Shown here one piece after another: positions 37,400 to 50,275 of a stretch of DNA of 64,000 nt. The notes beneath the pieces are model-generated. The model made no database searches, was not told the DNA's origin, and was given only the letters and a program-made list of their open reading frames with translations. Where the stretch lies: contig NC_091980.1 in NCBI RefSeq assembly GCF_044704955.1, forward strand, positions 176,700,001-176,764,000. Reading direction: 5' to 3'. The position numbers were made by a program, and so were the translations under genes. Source of the stretch: Pristiophorus japonicus. Its lineage: Eukaryota. Within the stretch, counting starts at the first letter, position 1. Each line of letters starts with the position of its first letter.

Positions 37400-39041
37400 A
37401 CCCTAACCCCCTTCTCTCGCAACCCCTTCCCCCACACCCCCCTCCCTCGCGTCGTGATCCTACCCAAGTTGGCACCAAAGGTTTGTGCAGCACAGCGGCC
37501 AGAGTCCTCCTGTACTGGGGGGGAGAGACGATGGAGAAGCTCGGGATATAGAAGGCCCGGCTTCTGAGTGCCGAGCCTCTTGCTCGGCGTTGCCAGTCAC
37601 AGGGGCTGCGGGTCTAGGTGTGACACTGGGGATTGCAGGACAACCTGCGACCCGACCTCAGTCACGTTTGCAGATAGTGCCACGATGCTTGCGGGAATCC
37701 AACCCAATACCTCTAGGAGCTTTTGGGTGAGCTGGACAGTTCCCACCATGTCCAGCTGTGCATCCGCCTGTCTGTCAGCAGACGTCTTTGTCGACTCACC
37801 CTCCGGAGAGACGGCATACAGGATTCGACCCCGGGAGTGTGTTGCTGCATGCCACTAGTACTCGGGGCCTCAAATGGATGAAAGCCTGAGACTGTTTCAT
37901 CTGCGAACGAGGTGCTATCTGGAAGAAAAAGAGGTGTCGAGTGCATCTATCCTCCCCCCCGCCCCCCCCACCCCTGGAGTAGGCTGCTCTGTTAGCTCCT
38001 CTCCGTGCCTCATCCTTGTCCTCGCCCTCCTCCCCCCAACCCCCCCCCCCCCACATGACGGCCTGTGATGGAGGCTTCCATTGAAGAATTTGCCGCATGC
38101 GATTCCTCATCTGGAAATACAAAACAACAGACGAGTGGTTAGCAGCAGTGGAGGGGGCAGGGTGACATGAGTAAGGTCACAGAGCCACAAGCTCATTTGA
38201 AGGACCGCTGCTACTCCATTACATGTAGCCCAGAGACACTGCATGACATTGCCCCAACTCTAGTTGACAGACACTACATCACATTGCCCCAACCCAGCCC
38301 GGGGAGTGTGCAGGACTTACCCTCACTATCGAACAGGGGGTCAGCATCCCCACGTGCAGTTGCCCTCCTTGAGGCACCGATCAGACCAGCCACTCTTTCC
38401 TCATTGTCTGTCAGAGACATGCTTCGGGGTGGACTGTCGTCCATCCGCTGCTGCTCCCGGCGGTTGTGGAACATCTTTCCCTGCAAAGGTGACAATGGGA
38501 ATGGTTACCAGAGGGCCCATCTGCTCTTGTAGCACACAGATAGCCACTTATACCATACTGTGTGCATTTAATACAATCCTCTGTTTAATGGTCCTGTAAG
38601 TTGCACGTGGTTCAAGAGGAAAACATTTGAAGTGCAGAAACATCTTTTAAGATCTCAGAAAGCAAACTTAATAATGTGTAAAGATCAGTCATGGCAATTA
38701 AAGTTCAACACTAAGCCTACTTATACCAACAGCATGAGAACAAATAGGGTCAGATTTATAATTTAAGTACTGAAGGAGTGCCTCACTAAAAATATTACTT
38801 ACTCTAACGACCTTGCAAAGGTCATTAAACCTCTTGCGGCACTGTGTGTGGGTCCTTCGGATGGCATCGATAGAATCTCCTCAGATATGCTGGTCCAAAT
38901 TCTATGAAAAACTGCTGGGAGTGGTCTACTTGCACCCCTCCTGTTTAGTTTGGCCTATTTCCTTTCAGCAGCATTGACAAGGGCCTTGTTTGCCTCACTG
39001 GTGAACTTTCTGGCTCTCTGCCTGCTCCCATCTCCTTCCAT
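37400..39041 (-). pseudogene. Harbinger Myb/SANT-like DNA-binding protein pseudogene; exons 39041-38803, 38480-38321 and 38110-~37400
   Basis: MEGDGSRQRARKFTSEANKALV...RTHTQCRKRFNDLCKVVR|gtaagt; ttgcag|GKMFHNRREQQRM...|gtaagt; acidic third exon after tatttccag; in-frame stops. Confidence 0.82.
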
Positions 39042-40391
39042 TGCGAATTAAATCTAAAAATGGCTGATTCAGCCCTGGGTGTACTGCAATGTGTGGACGC
39101 TCCCTAACAGCTGACCAAAAGCGCGGGAAGAAGAAAAATATAGCAAAAAAAAAACTTTGCACGTGCACAGATGGCCCGATTTTTTCGCTGGGAAGTTTCG
39201 GCTCTGGCGTACAAATTCAGTTGTGTAATGTCGTATTTATCGCTATCGCTAACGCTCTTGACTGTTTGCTGAATTTTACGAGCTCTAGCGTTAACGGTAA
39301 CCCAGCGGTTAAAAAAAAATGTTGCCGCAATTATTGCCTGAAAATGGGCGAAATTGCAAAAACCCAAACTTCTAGCCCATCGACTTTGTTCCTCTGAAAG
39401 AATAGATTGAAGAGTTCCTTATTTTGTTCATTGCTTCAGAATGTTGTTCCATTAGGTGGGGTCAAATGTGTGGATCAGATATCATCACTACCTCTCTGTG
39501 TATGCCTTGTTGACAGTTCCTATTACCCTCTTGTGTCAACCTTTGATGTCTTATATCTTCCAATCTTTATTACAATGGAAACTTATCCTCAATGGCAATC
39601 AAAATTCCTTTTTCATACACTATTCCCCCTCCTATTATAAAAAGCTTGTCTCTTTCAGCTGTGTGTCTTTCTCGAGTGTTTTAACCAAGCTCAATATTCT
39701 ATCATTCTATATGCCAATGAGCTTATTCTATTCATCTATACGTGCCTATCCTCACATAGTATAATGTCATCGGCCCTAAAATTCCGTTCATCTTTCTCCA
39801 ATGTTATTGATGTCATTGTGATCAAAGGATATGGGGGGGGGGGGGGGGGCGCGATATTGCGTTCCAGTTTCCGCTAGTTATATTGGTACAATCAGGGCAG
39901 CTATGCACAAAAAACACTGGCGCTTGAGTTTCCACATCTCTTACGCTGGTTCAGGATTCAATTCGCTTGAATCAGACCCCACCCCTAGAACTGGCAACAG
40001 CCCCAGGTTGAACTTGTGAGATTGCGCTGGTTCAGGAACACTGTTCACTCTAACTTTATCGTGCACGGTCCCTCCCAGTGACATCAGCTTGTGAGCGGCC
40101 GAGGTGGGACCTTCTGCTCACAAAACTTAGGGGAAAGATTGTTTGGGAATGCTCTTCAAATTGTACTCATTTTTTTTAGGGCACTAGAAACTAACTAGTA
40201 TACATCAACGAAATGTTTCAGTATGGTATTTTTGTCATTTTCAGTGTAGGACTAGGCACCTTTATTAAAATGCTTATTTTTGGTGATAACCCCATTTTCT
40301 GCTGTACAGGTATTAATAAAAATGTACCATGCATCAAGCAATACTTTTTAATGGGGATAAAAAGCAATTACGTTCTATTACACTGCCCGGT

Positions 40392-41803
40392 TGCACTGTT
40401 CAAAAAAGGAGGCAGACAAAAAGCAGGAAACTATAGACCAGTTAGCCTAACATCTGTGGCTGGGAAAATGTTGGAGTCCATTATTAAAGAAGCAGTAGCA
40501 GGACATTTGGAAAAGCAAAATTTGGTCAGGCAGAGTCAGCATGGATTTATGACGGGGAAGTCATGTTTGACAAATTTGCTGGAATTCTTTGAGGATGTAA
40601 CGAACAGGGTGGATAAAGGGGAACCAGTGAATGTGATGTATTTGGACTTCCAGAAGGCATTTGACAAGGTGCCACACAAAAGGTTACTGCACAAGATAAA
40701 AGTTCACGGGGTTGGGGGTAATATATTAGCATAGATAGAGGATTGGCTAACTAACAGAGAGCAGAGAGTCGGGATAAATGGTTCATTCTCTGGTTGGCAA
40801 CCAGTAACTAGTGCGGTGCCGCAGGGATCAGTGCTGGGACCCCAACTATTTACAATTTATATTAACGACTTGGAAGAAGGGACTGAGTGTAAGGTAGCCA
40901 AGTTTGCTGACGATACAAAGATGGAAGGAAAAGCAATGTGAGGACACAAAAAATCTGCAAAAGGACAGACTAAGTGAGTGAGCAAAAATTTGGCAAATGG
41001 AGTATAATGTTGGAAAGTGTGAGATCATGCACTTTGGCAGAAAAAAAATCAAAGAGCAAGTTATTATTTAAATGGAGAAAGATTGCAAAGTGCCGCAGTA
41101 CAGCGCGACCTGGGGGTACTTGTGCATGAAACACAAAAGGTTAGTATGCAGGTACAGCAAGTGATCAGGAAGGCCAATGATATCTTGGCCTTTATTGCAA
41201 AGGGGATGGAGTATAACAGCAGGGAAGTCTTACTATAGCTATATAAGGTATTGGTGAGGCCACACCTGGAATACTGCATGCAGTTTTGGTTTCCATATTT
41301 ACGAATATACTTGCTTTGGAGGCAGTTCAGAGAAGGTTCACTAGGTTGATTCCGGAGATGAGGGGATTGACTTACAAGGAAAGGTTGAGTAGGTTGGGCC
41401 TCCACTCATTGGAATTCAGAAGAATGAGAGGTGATCTTATCGAGACGTATAAGATTATGAGGGGGCTTGACAAGGTGGATGCAGAGAGGATGTTTCCACT
41501 GATGGGGGAGACTAGAACTAGAGAGCATGATCTTAGAATAAGGGGCTGCCCATTTAAAACAGAGATGAGGAGAAGTTTCTTCTCTGAGGGTTGTAAATCT
41601 GTGGAATTCGCTGCCTCAGAGCTGTGGAAGCTGGGACATTAAGAAACTGTCTATTTCTGTCTTCAAACGATAAGGGGTTATGGGGAGCAGGCAGGGATAT
41701 GGAGCTGAGTCCATGATCAGATCAGCCATGATCTTATTGAATGGCGGAGCAGGTTCGAGGATCCGTATGGCCTACTCCTGTTCCTATTTCTAATGTTCTT
41801 ATA
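40392..41803 (+). mobile_element. CR1 LINE, RT to 3' end, decayed
   Basis: LFKKGGRQKAGNYRPVSLTS, YLDFQKAFDKVPH; CR1 tail. Confidence 0.94.
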
Positions 41804-42174
41804 ATTTTACATTTGATTATGCAAATGAAGTTTAGCAGAAACTTGGAAGTGTAACCGAATCAGCGCAGTTGTGAGTGCAATTTTCCGATTGTCCCCAAAG
41901 CACAAACTTGACCCGAGGATTTGTGAGCAGTTTAAACCAATTTTTGATTAAAATAATTTAACATATCTATATTCTTTCACCAACTTAAAGAAGCTCACAG
42001 TACAGGTTCCCTCTCTGACGCCAACAGGAAGTGTCTCCATGCTGAAGTGGATCCAATGCCAACGAGCGGGGTTAAGAATGAGACTTCGGATCCGTCTGAA
42101 GGCTGCTGTGGAGCCTTCCAATGGTATTGAGAAATCGTGGGAACAGGCTGAGAAACTTTGCACTCAGTCAATAG

Positions 42175-42980
42175 CAACTTGCAACTTTCACATCAAGGCA
42201 TCCCAAAGCACTTTACAGCCAATTAATACTTTTTGAAGTGTAGTCACTGTTGTAATGTAGGAAAGGCGCCAGTAATTTATGCACAAGATCCTGCAAATAG
42301 CACCAAGAAATGGCCAGATCATCGGCTTTAGTGATGTTGGTTGAGGGATAAATATTGGCCAGGACACTGAGAACTCCCCTGCTCTTCTTTGAAATTGACC
42401 TACTGACTCAGAAGCGAGAGTGCTACCAACTGATCATCATCCTCATAGGCAGTCCCTCAGAATCGAGGAAGACTTGCTTCCACTCTTAAAATGAGTCCTT
42501 AGGTGGCTGAACAGACCAATACGAGAACCACAGTCTCTGTCACAGGTGGGACAGATAGTTGTTGAGGGTAAGGGAGGGTGGGACTGGTTTGCCGCACGCT
42601 CTTTCCGCTGCCTGTGCTTGATTTCTGCATGCTCTCGGCGTTGAGACTCTAGGTGCTCAGCGCCCTCCCGGATGCACTTCCTCCACTTAGGGCAGTCTTT
42701 GGCCAGGGACTCCCAGGTGTTGGTGGGGATGTTGCACTTTATCAGGGAGGCTTTGAGGGTGTCCTTGTAATGTTTCCTCTGCTCACCTTTGGCTCGTTTG
42801 CCATGAAGGAGTTCCGAGTAGAGCACTGCTTTGGGAGTCTCGTGTCTGGTATGTGAACAGTGGCCTGCCCAGCGGTGCCGATCAAGTGTGGTCAGTGCTT
42901 TAGTGACACCAAAAACTCCCCTGCTCGTCTTTGAAATTGACCTTCTGACTCAGAAGAGTGCTACCAACTGAGCCATGGCT
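42175..42980 (-). mobile_element. DeuSINE interrupted by an RTE 3' fragment (42434-42900)
   Basis: ORF 42443-42826 is the RTE C-terminus; SINE sequence is duplicated on both sides of it. Confidence 0.88.
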
Positions 42981-43459
42981 GTGACATCACCAATCTCAAC
43001 TTTAATATTACCATTTGCTCGTTTTTAAAACCCTTCAACTGGGTGAAGAATCTCTTCTTTGTGGAGGGGGGAGAAAGAGGTGGGTAGTCCTTGCTCACCT
43101 TCCTCACAAATTACATGTCTACTTTGTTGAGCACCTCAAGTAAAAATCATCTAAATTAATTTCCCTTGTAGACTGACAAAAACATAGTCTATAGCTTAAA
43201 AACTGACCACACCAGAGTTGCAATTATTAGTTTTACTTCACTACATCATTCATATTGAACCAGGTGATGTGATACAGCTGCAAATCATTTACATCCTTTT
43301 TCTCTGATTTATCAATACTTTTGCCTTGTTCCTCCTAGTTCTACACTGTTCAACTGCTTCAAGATTCCCTGATCTCAAATATTCAGAACTCCCTACCCAA
43401 CAGCATTGCGGTCATCACTGGCAAGACAAGCATCAGGTCTTATCCCTCGTTGTCACAAC

Positions 43460-43740
43460 AGAGTGGCTGGCTAGGCCACTTCAGAAGGCAATTAAGAGTT
43501 AACCATGGTGGTGTGGAACTGGAGTCACATTAATGTCCTTTTGGGGAGGAAACACTATATGAACCAATTGGGCTTTTATGACAATCTCAACATTTACTGA
43601 TAAATGCTTTTTTATTTCCAGATTTTTTAAAAGAAATTAATTGAAATTCTTAAACTGCTATGCTGGCATCACTCTGGATTACTGGTCCAGGCCTCTGGAA
43701 ATACTAGTCCAGTAATATAACCACTATGCCACTGTAGCCT
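43460..43740 (-). mobile_element. tRNA-headed element related to the 5' end of the LINE at 18832
   Basis: Reverse complement ggctacagtggcatagtggttatattactggactagta...ccagagg...gtgactccag...tggcctagccagccactc. Confidence 0.7.
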
Positions 43741-45027
43741 GGAATTTGAACCCACTATCAATTTGGAGATTATAGGTTTTCTAACCACACCCTCTCTAAG
43801 GTTTTGACTCCTCGGAGATACAGTTTCATAGCTGCCAGACTCTGGTATTTCACTCAAGTTTCTCCTATTCACATGTAGGATCCTTCTCAATATGCAACAG
43901 GCACAACTGCGGAAGGTACAGCCTGACACCCAATTTCGAACAGGAATTGCTGGGCACAATCAGGAGTAGAAATCGCGCCGGTACTGCAGAGGGCAATTGT
44001 ACCACCTCTACTGCCACCAGTTGAGATCACCCAACTCAGACCAGAGATCAGACCTTGAAACTGTTCCAATTTAAATGGCTCAACAACTCGACCACTGCTG
44101 GGGGGTGGGCAGTAGTAGGAAGGTGGGGAAAGTGGGAGGTCGGTGAAGCTTATGGCTTGGTTTTCATTCATCTATCCAACCAGTCAATGTTCTCTATATT
44201 TATTTACTGTCTTTAGGATTGAAACGGAACCCACTGTCAAACTCAAGACAGCAGTTTGTACAGTCAGCATCACTCTTGCAGCAAAAAATACTAAACTCTA
44301 GAGCACTGCCTCAAAATTTGGTATCTTCAAGTCTTCCTTGTGCAGAGATTTGCCAGCAGGTCTGTCAATCAAACTCATCTTTCTCTCCATTTCCCCAGGA
44401 GTATTCTCTGCAAACAGCTCATGCTGTGGCCACTAAAATAAGGTTGTTCTCACCACAAAAAGGAGTGAATATTTGTTGCCCAACCGACTTGAGATAATGA
44501 ACAGCTCAACAACCCCAGTATTAGTGGAGACCTTTTTAATTCCTCACTCATCAACACTTCAAATTCCCCACCTGTCTCAGTACATAGCTTGTTTAAAAAG
44601 TGTAATTTAGGTTAAAAAAAAATCCAGTCTGGAAAAATGGCCAAAAACAAAATCCCATATATTGACAACTTTACTAGCCCATAGTAAACTGCAGCTCAGG
44701 AAGCCCATTCCAGTTTGATCAATATCTGGAAACTAAGCAGTCTAGGAACATCCCTGGAGGCCCTCTTAATAACATTTTGTAAATGGAAGATCGACAAATT
44801 CCTATAGCATTTCCAATTAGGAAGCTCAAGTGTCCCTGTGGCATCAGAAGCCAATACTGCAGTGATCCTCGCAGTCAATACACTCCATGGGTAGAACATG
44901 TAACCTATTCTGGAAATTCATCAGTCACAAGTGGTCAGTCTATACAGGCAACAGCAGTTAGTCATCTCAAAAGACTAGAATTGAAAAGTAGGAAAATTAT
45001 TAAACTTGTATAGAACGTTGGTTAGAC

Positions 45028-45450
45028 CACCTACTCCAACCTCCGCAACATCGCCCGTCTCCACCCCTGCCTCAGCTCATCTGCTGTGGGAATCCTCATC
45101 CATGCCTTTATTACCCCTAGACTTGACTATACAGATACCAACACTCATCTGGCCGGACTCTCATCTTTTACCCTCCATAAACTTTAACGCATCCAAAACT
45201 CTGCTACCCACATCTTAACTTGCGCCAAATCCCATTCACCTAGCACCCGTGCTTGCTAACTTACATTGGATTTTAACGCCTCAATTTTAAAATTCTCACC
45301 CTGGTTTTCATATCCCTCCATGGCCTCACCCCCTCATCTCTAATCTCCTCCAGCTCTACAACCCTCAGAGATCTTGGCGTCCTCCAATTCTGGTCTTTGC
45401 GCATCTCATTTTAATCGCTGCACCATTGCCGGTCATGCGCTCAGCTGTCT
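45028..45450 (+). mobile_element. L2 LINE ORF2 C-terminal fragment
   Basis: ctcatccatgcctt...agacttgacta...catccaaaactctgct (LIHAF..RLDY..IQNSAA-like motifs). Confidence 0.75.
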
Positions 45451-45760
45451 GGCCAGAACAGTTGATTGGCAGTCATTAACAATTATCATGGTTAAAAAAG
45501 GTGCTTGTGCTGTTAATTACCAGACAACTTTCTGCAGTGAGTTTAATGGACAATTAATTTGCAAATTCAGCAAGTTCTTAAAAATGACAGGGAAGTTAAG
45601 AGCGAGATGCCCTGTGTGTGAAGCAAATGGTTGAGTGGCATAAATCAACTAGCAAGTGCTGCAGATTCGCAACTCAGCACATCAATGCCCTGAATTTGCT
45701 AGCCAATTAAAAAGGGCATGTGTCGTTAACAGGTCATCTTATTTCCAGCAAGATCCGGCC
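45451..45760. mobile_element. Putative MITE with GGCC termini
   Basis: Left ggccagaac, right gatccggcc (imperfect TIR); internal inverted gcaaattcag / ctgaatttgc. Confidence 0.45.
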
Positions 45761-46186
45761 TATTATTTAGTGAGGATACCACAAAATAAGAGAGCATTGT
45801 CAAAGCATTATGCAATACATAACAGGTCATTGTATTCTCCAAGGTGAATGGGAAAGATGCTGCATCTCAATGAGTATTTCTATTAGTGAGCTGCTGAGCC
45901 ACATCGGCCTAGAAGTACCTCATGTTTAATCCCCAGTCTGCAAAAAGTGAGCTGACCTCATGCAGCACCAGTTGAAGGATGCAACTTTTAGACCCAGTAC
46001 CCTAGATTATTGATTGCAGGGCTGGGCACTCCCGATAACCATCTAGCAGCCCCTGCTGGAAAAGTATGGACATTGGGTCAAGAAGGGATCAGGATTGGCT
46101 GAAGATAAAACAGATTTTAAACCTTTAATAGTCAACTTGTATCCATCATTACAGCAAAAAAATATTAAATGCATTTACATAGCAAT

Positions 46187-46192
46187 TTTATT
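46187..46192 (-). terminator. Candidate BUB1B polyadenylation signal (AATAAA on the minus strand)
   Basis: tttatt ~65 nt downstream of the BUB1B stop. Confidence 0.5.
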
Positions 46193-46255
46193 CAGTAAAA
46201 TCGAAATATAGGAACCTGAAATAAAACAGTAGTTTTTAAAATGGTCTTCCATTCA

Positions 46256-46436
46256 CTAATCATAGGGAGTCAGGTTCAGCATGAATGCATTATTGTACAT
46301 AATCTCATAATCTGGTTCAATGGCTTCTCTCATGGTCTGTCGCAGATCACTCAGTGTAGAGACGGAGGGTGCATCTCTTGCATTCAGAATCTTTTCAAAG
46401 AAACTGCTCCATAACTCCATGTACAGCAATTCCATT
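46256..46436 (-). CDS. BUB1B: BUB1B last coding exon
   Basis: ttcttacag|A ATG GAA...; MELLYMELWSSFFEKILNARDAPSVSTLSDLRQTM...PYD*, resembling BubR1 ELWNKFFVRILNA. Confidence 0.9.
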
Positions 46437-46456
46437 CTGTAAGAATACAAAAAAAA

Positions 46457-46862
46457 GACTCCATTTATGTAGCACTGTTCATGGCCTCAGGATGTCCCAA
46501 AGCATTAATAGCCAATGAAGTAACTATTGAAATGTAGTTACTATTGAAATGTAGTAAATGTGGGATCCAATGAGATAATCACCAGAGTGATGTTGGTTGA
46601 GATATACCAGGACACCAAGGGGAACTCAACTGCTCTTCTTTGAAATCTTTTGGGATCTTTTACATCCACCTAAGGGGGCAGGACAGGCCTTCGGTTTAAT
46701 GTCTCATCCGAAAGATGGAACCTTAAAACACTGTAGCTCTCCCCTCAGTACTGTACTGGAGTGTCAGCCTAGATTATGTGCTCAAAACTTGAGTGGGGCT
46801 TGAACCGACAATCTTCTACCTCAGGAAGAGAGAGTACTACCCATTGAGCCAAGGCAGACATC
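46457..46862 (-). mobile_element. DeuSINE
   Basis: Reverse-complement match to the other copies. Confidence 0.82.
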
Positions 46863-47761
46863 TAGCAGTCGTTCACTGCTAGGGAGAGAGTATTAACCTA
46901 AACACAAATTACATACCTAGGCAAATTACATACCTGGGGAGTGAATGCAACAATCATACATTAAATTCAGTTAGAGCAATACCACAGATTGGTGAGATGG
47001 AAGGATACAGGTTCAACTCCCCAGTGCATGGAGTCCCTGATCTCTGTTGTGCTATATGGGTGACAAGCACAAGTCTGAACTTCTGCTTTGGCCAGGTAGT
47101 CACTTGTATACCCAGTTCAAGAACAGTTGTATAGACAGACACCTGGGATCAGGTCACTTAGTCCCATCTCCTTGGCCACTTGATGCAGCAGGTCAGAAGT
47201 GAAATAGGGAGTGCTGGTGATATTGCAGTGGGAAAGAGGGCATATCAAAAAAGTAATTAACCTGAACAGAAACAAAGTTCAGAGGGTCATGCTTAGCACG
47301 GTGCCATGAATAGCATATTCATGCCAAAATTAATTTTACACATGTTTTTGGGGAGGCGTGGAACAGCAACTAAATACTTCCACAAGGGGGCGCGAGTGCA
47401 TTCTTGCCTTTTAGCATCTGGTTCCAAAAATTTACTAGGCAAGAATGCCAGTTCATTGCCCAGCGGTAGATGGACAAATAGTATGATTCTCACCAAAAAA
47501 GGTCAAGAAATATATGGGAATCATAGGCTTAATGATTGGGGAAGGGGAGGTGTATAAATGTGGCAGGAGCAAAATGTCTTTAATTTTAGACAAGAGCTGC
47601 TCAAGCAATTTACAGATCACTGCATTATTGGTAGTGCAGACTCAACTCATTTAGCAACACAGCAACTGGGCTCATTGATTTTACATGTCTGAAACAAGGA
47701 TTTAGAAAAAGCAGTACCAACATTGCACAATACAAAATGAAAGTAATGCCATTGAAGGTAC

Positions 47762-47868
47762 CTGTAGGATGTGGGGCTGAGTATCCACAGTGAACCCTCC
47801 TTGCAGACATCTAGATGCCCTTCAAACAGCAGGAAATGTAACGTGTTTGCAATCCCAAGGAGATCAAC
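47762..47868 (-). CDS. BUB1B: BUB1B exon
   Basis: gttgtag|GTT...ACAG|gtacct; VDLLGIANTLHFLLFEGHLDVCKEGSLWILSPTSY (BubR1 VDLFGIADLAHLLLFKEHL). Confidence 0.93.
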
Positions 47869-50100
47869 CTACAACAGCCAGTGACGAGGGTTAAAGTTAG
47901 AGCACACACTAGTTATAGCTATAAACACTGGCTTGGCTCCTCACACAAGCTGCATGCTTTCTAATTTCATCTACCTCACCAGGGGACATTTAGGATTTTA
48001 AGCTGCAACGGTCAGGTTTTTCGTACCTATAATTTCTCTGTTAATGTAAAGATGTTTCGCTTCAATTCATTCAAACCCATTTGTTGCAGAAACAGTCTTA
48101 TTCTTGGGTTGTTGGCAGCACTCTGGTAGCTTACCCAATAGGCCTGTTCTTCACTCATGAACCTGGACAACTAGTATCAGCTACTTATTCAACCATAGAG
48201 TGCTTCATAGCCAAGCCTCATTCGGTTCAAAAACATCAACATGTATTTTCCATCAGGGGTCATGGAATACAAACAGGAATGGGAACAGTGTCTGCTTTTA
48301 CCACACTCCCTATCTCAGTGTTGGCCAATAGAAATTGGTGACTGGTCACCGGTCTGGCTACGGCAACACTTTTATAGCCACACGTACTAAGGCTAGTAGA
48401 AAATGCCTCGCATACATACACTCACAATCCAGGTAAATATACTTCATGTGTATATTTATTTAACATCTAAAACATTCAGTAACCAAAACGTAAAGTAGCC
48501 ACAATAATCAAAAAATATTACACTGATTTGTCTTATTTACCAACAAACCCAGATAGGTTAAAGTTCACATGCATACACTGTGGAACGAGGAGCACTGAGA
48601 TCACATGCCCAATAGCAGTGTCTATTGTTCATGTTTTATTGACGAGAAATGCAATTGGCCACATCTGGATTCAATTCATATTGAACACACCAAACTCACT
48701 GTTCACCATGGACCCAGACCATGGATTCAACAGCATGCCACTTCATTCAAGTTCTAATTAAAAGCCAACTGATATTTAAACTAACTTTTATAATTAATTA
48801 ATGGTTAGTAAACATGTTTAAGGGTCAACAAGAGCTTCATGCATACTGACCACAATAAAGGCTGCAAGGCTTACTCATTCCCAATATGGTCACTCAGACA
48901 ATTTATCCTCAAAGTGCACCCTAATAATAGATAAGACAAGCTCATTTCCCCAAGTGCTGGATAATTAACTTCAGCCAGATCGAACAGCGAGATGCAATAA
49001 GCCACTTGCGAGGACCTTTACTATGCAAGATGACATTTTGAAATTGAAATTCCACTCCTGTAAAGACATGACCCAACCGCTTGTGATCAGAACACATCAG
49101 GCTCACACTTTGTGAAGTGTGTCAGTCAGCTCAGTGAAATGTACACTAGGAATTGTTCATATCAGAAAGAAAGCTTTTTATTTATTCACTGGATGTGGAC
49201 ATTGCTGGAAAGGACGACATTCATTGCCTATTCCTAATTGCCTGAGAAGGTAGTGGTGAGCTGCCTTTTTTGAACCACTGCAGTCAGTGTTGTGAAGGTA
49301 CTTTTAGTGCTTTAAGGAGGGAGTTCCAGGATTTTGACCTAACATTTATATAGCAGCTTTCATGACCTCAAGATATCCCAAGGTATTTTATAGCCAATAA
49401 AGTACTTTTCTTTTTGAAGTATAGTTACTGCTGTAACGTAGGAAACACGGCAACCAATATGCACACAGAAATGCGATAACGATAATCTGTTTAAGTGATA
49501 ACCATTCCAAACCATTACCACTCCCCATGGATTTGTGCATAATACTCCACGAGGTGGTATTTAACAGTAGACCAAAAGGCCCTGGTTTAATCCATTTGTG
49601 CCCCATTAGCTGACTGCAGTTGTGGGCAGCATGCATGCCCCTGGGTAAGAAGGATGGGGGAATGCAGAAAAAAAAACAGCTAGTGACCTCTTCTGCTGAA
49701 AGTTGGATTTCAAGACAGGGACAGCACCAGACCTTGCTACGATGTACCCCGCCAGCCCCCTACCCCAAGGTTGAATAACTAGTTGCTCCTTGTAGCTGTT
49801 CTTTGTGGGCTTGTGTAGAGAAAGGCAGGGACGGCTAGTGAAGTGTAGTTGTATATCATATGCCATGATCAGATTTTTTTTTTTTTTTAAAAAGTAGAGG
49901 GGCGGGCGAAGACGACAAATAGGAAATGTTTGGAGAAAATAAGAGTAAAGGGCCAACTCCACAAGAGGATAATAAATCTGCATTGTAACAACCGTATTGA
50001 GCATGGAGAGTACCATAGCTATGTGGTCAGCTCCACTCACAGTGCCAATTAATTGTCACAAGCATGGTTGTGAGCTAGGTTAGTTCCCCATGCAACTTAC

Positions 50101-50275
50101 CTGGTAGGCACTAGTGCACTCCAACAGGAGCTCCTTATTGGGTAGTGAATGCGCTGTAGGAAAACCTGTAAACTTGGCAACGTCAGGCTGTAGCCTCAGG
50201 TCCAAGCTGTGAGTGAAGTCCAAGAGCTTAACTAGACCGTCAATGTTGGGGGACATGAAGGCATCATTATAAAGC
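50101..50275 (-). CDS. BUB1B: BUB1B exon (DFG-equivalent region)
   Basis: cctccttag|G...CAG|gtaagt; LYNDAFMSPNIDGLVKLLDFTHSLDLRLQPDVAKFTGFPT...CTSAYQ (BubR1 KIVDFSYSVDLRVQ). Confidence 0.94.

Larger units (their letters stand above)
35591..39378. mobile_element. PIF/Harbinger DNA transposon, decayed two-gene copy
   Basis: Convergent transposase (+) and Myb/SANT-like (-) pseudogenes; ends begin GGG and finish CCC, with only degenerate TIR similarity. Confidence 0.85.

Noticed and set aside
44217-44497. Acceptor-like site followed by a 92-aa ORF in the intergenic region
   Set aside because: No recognisable homology and no partner exons.
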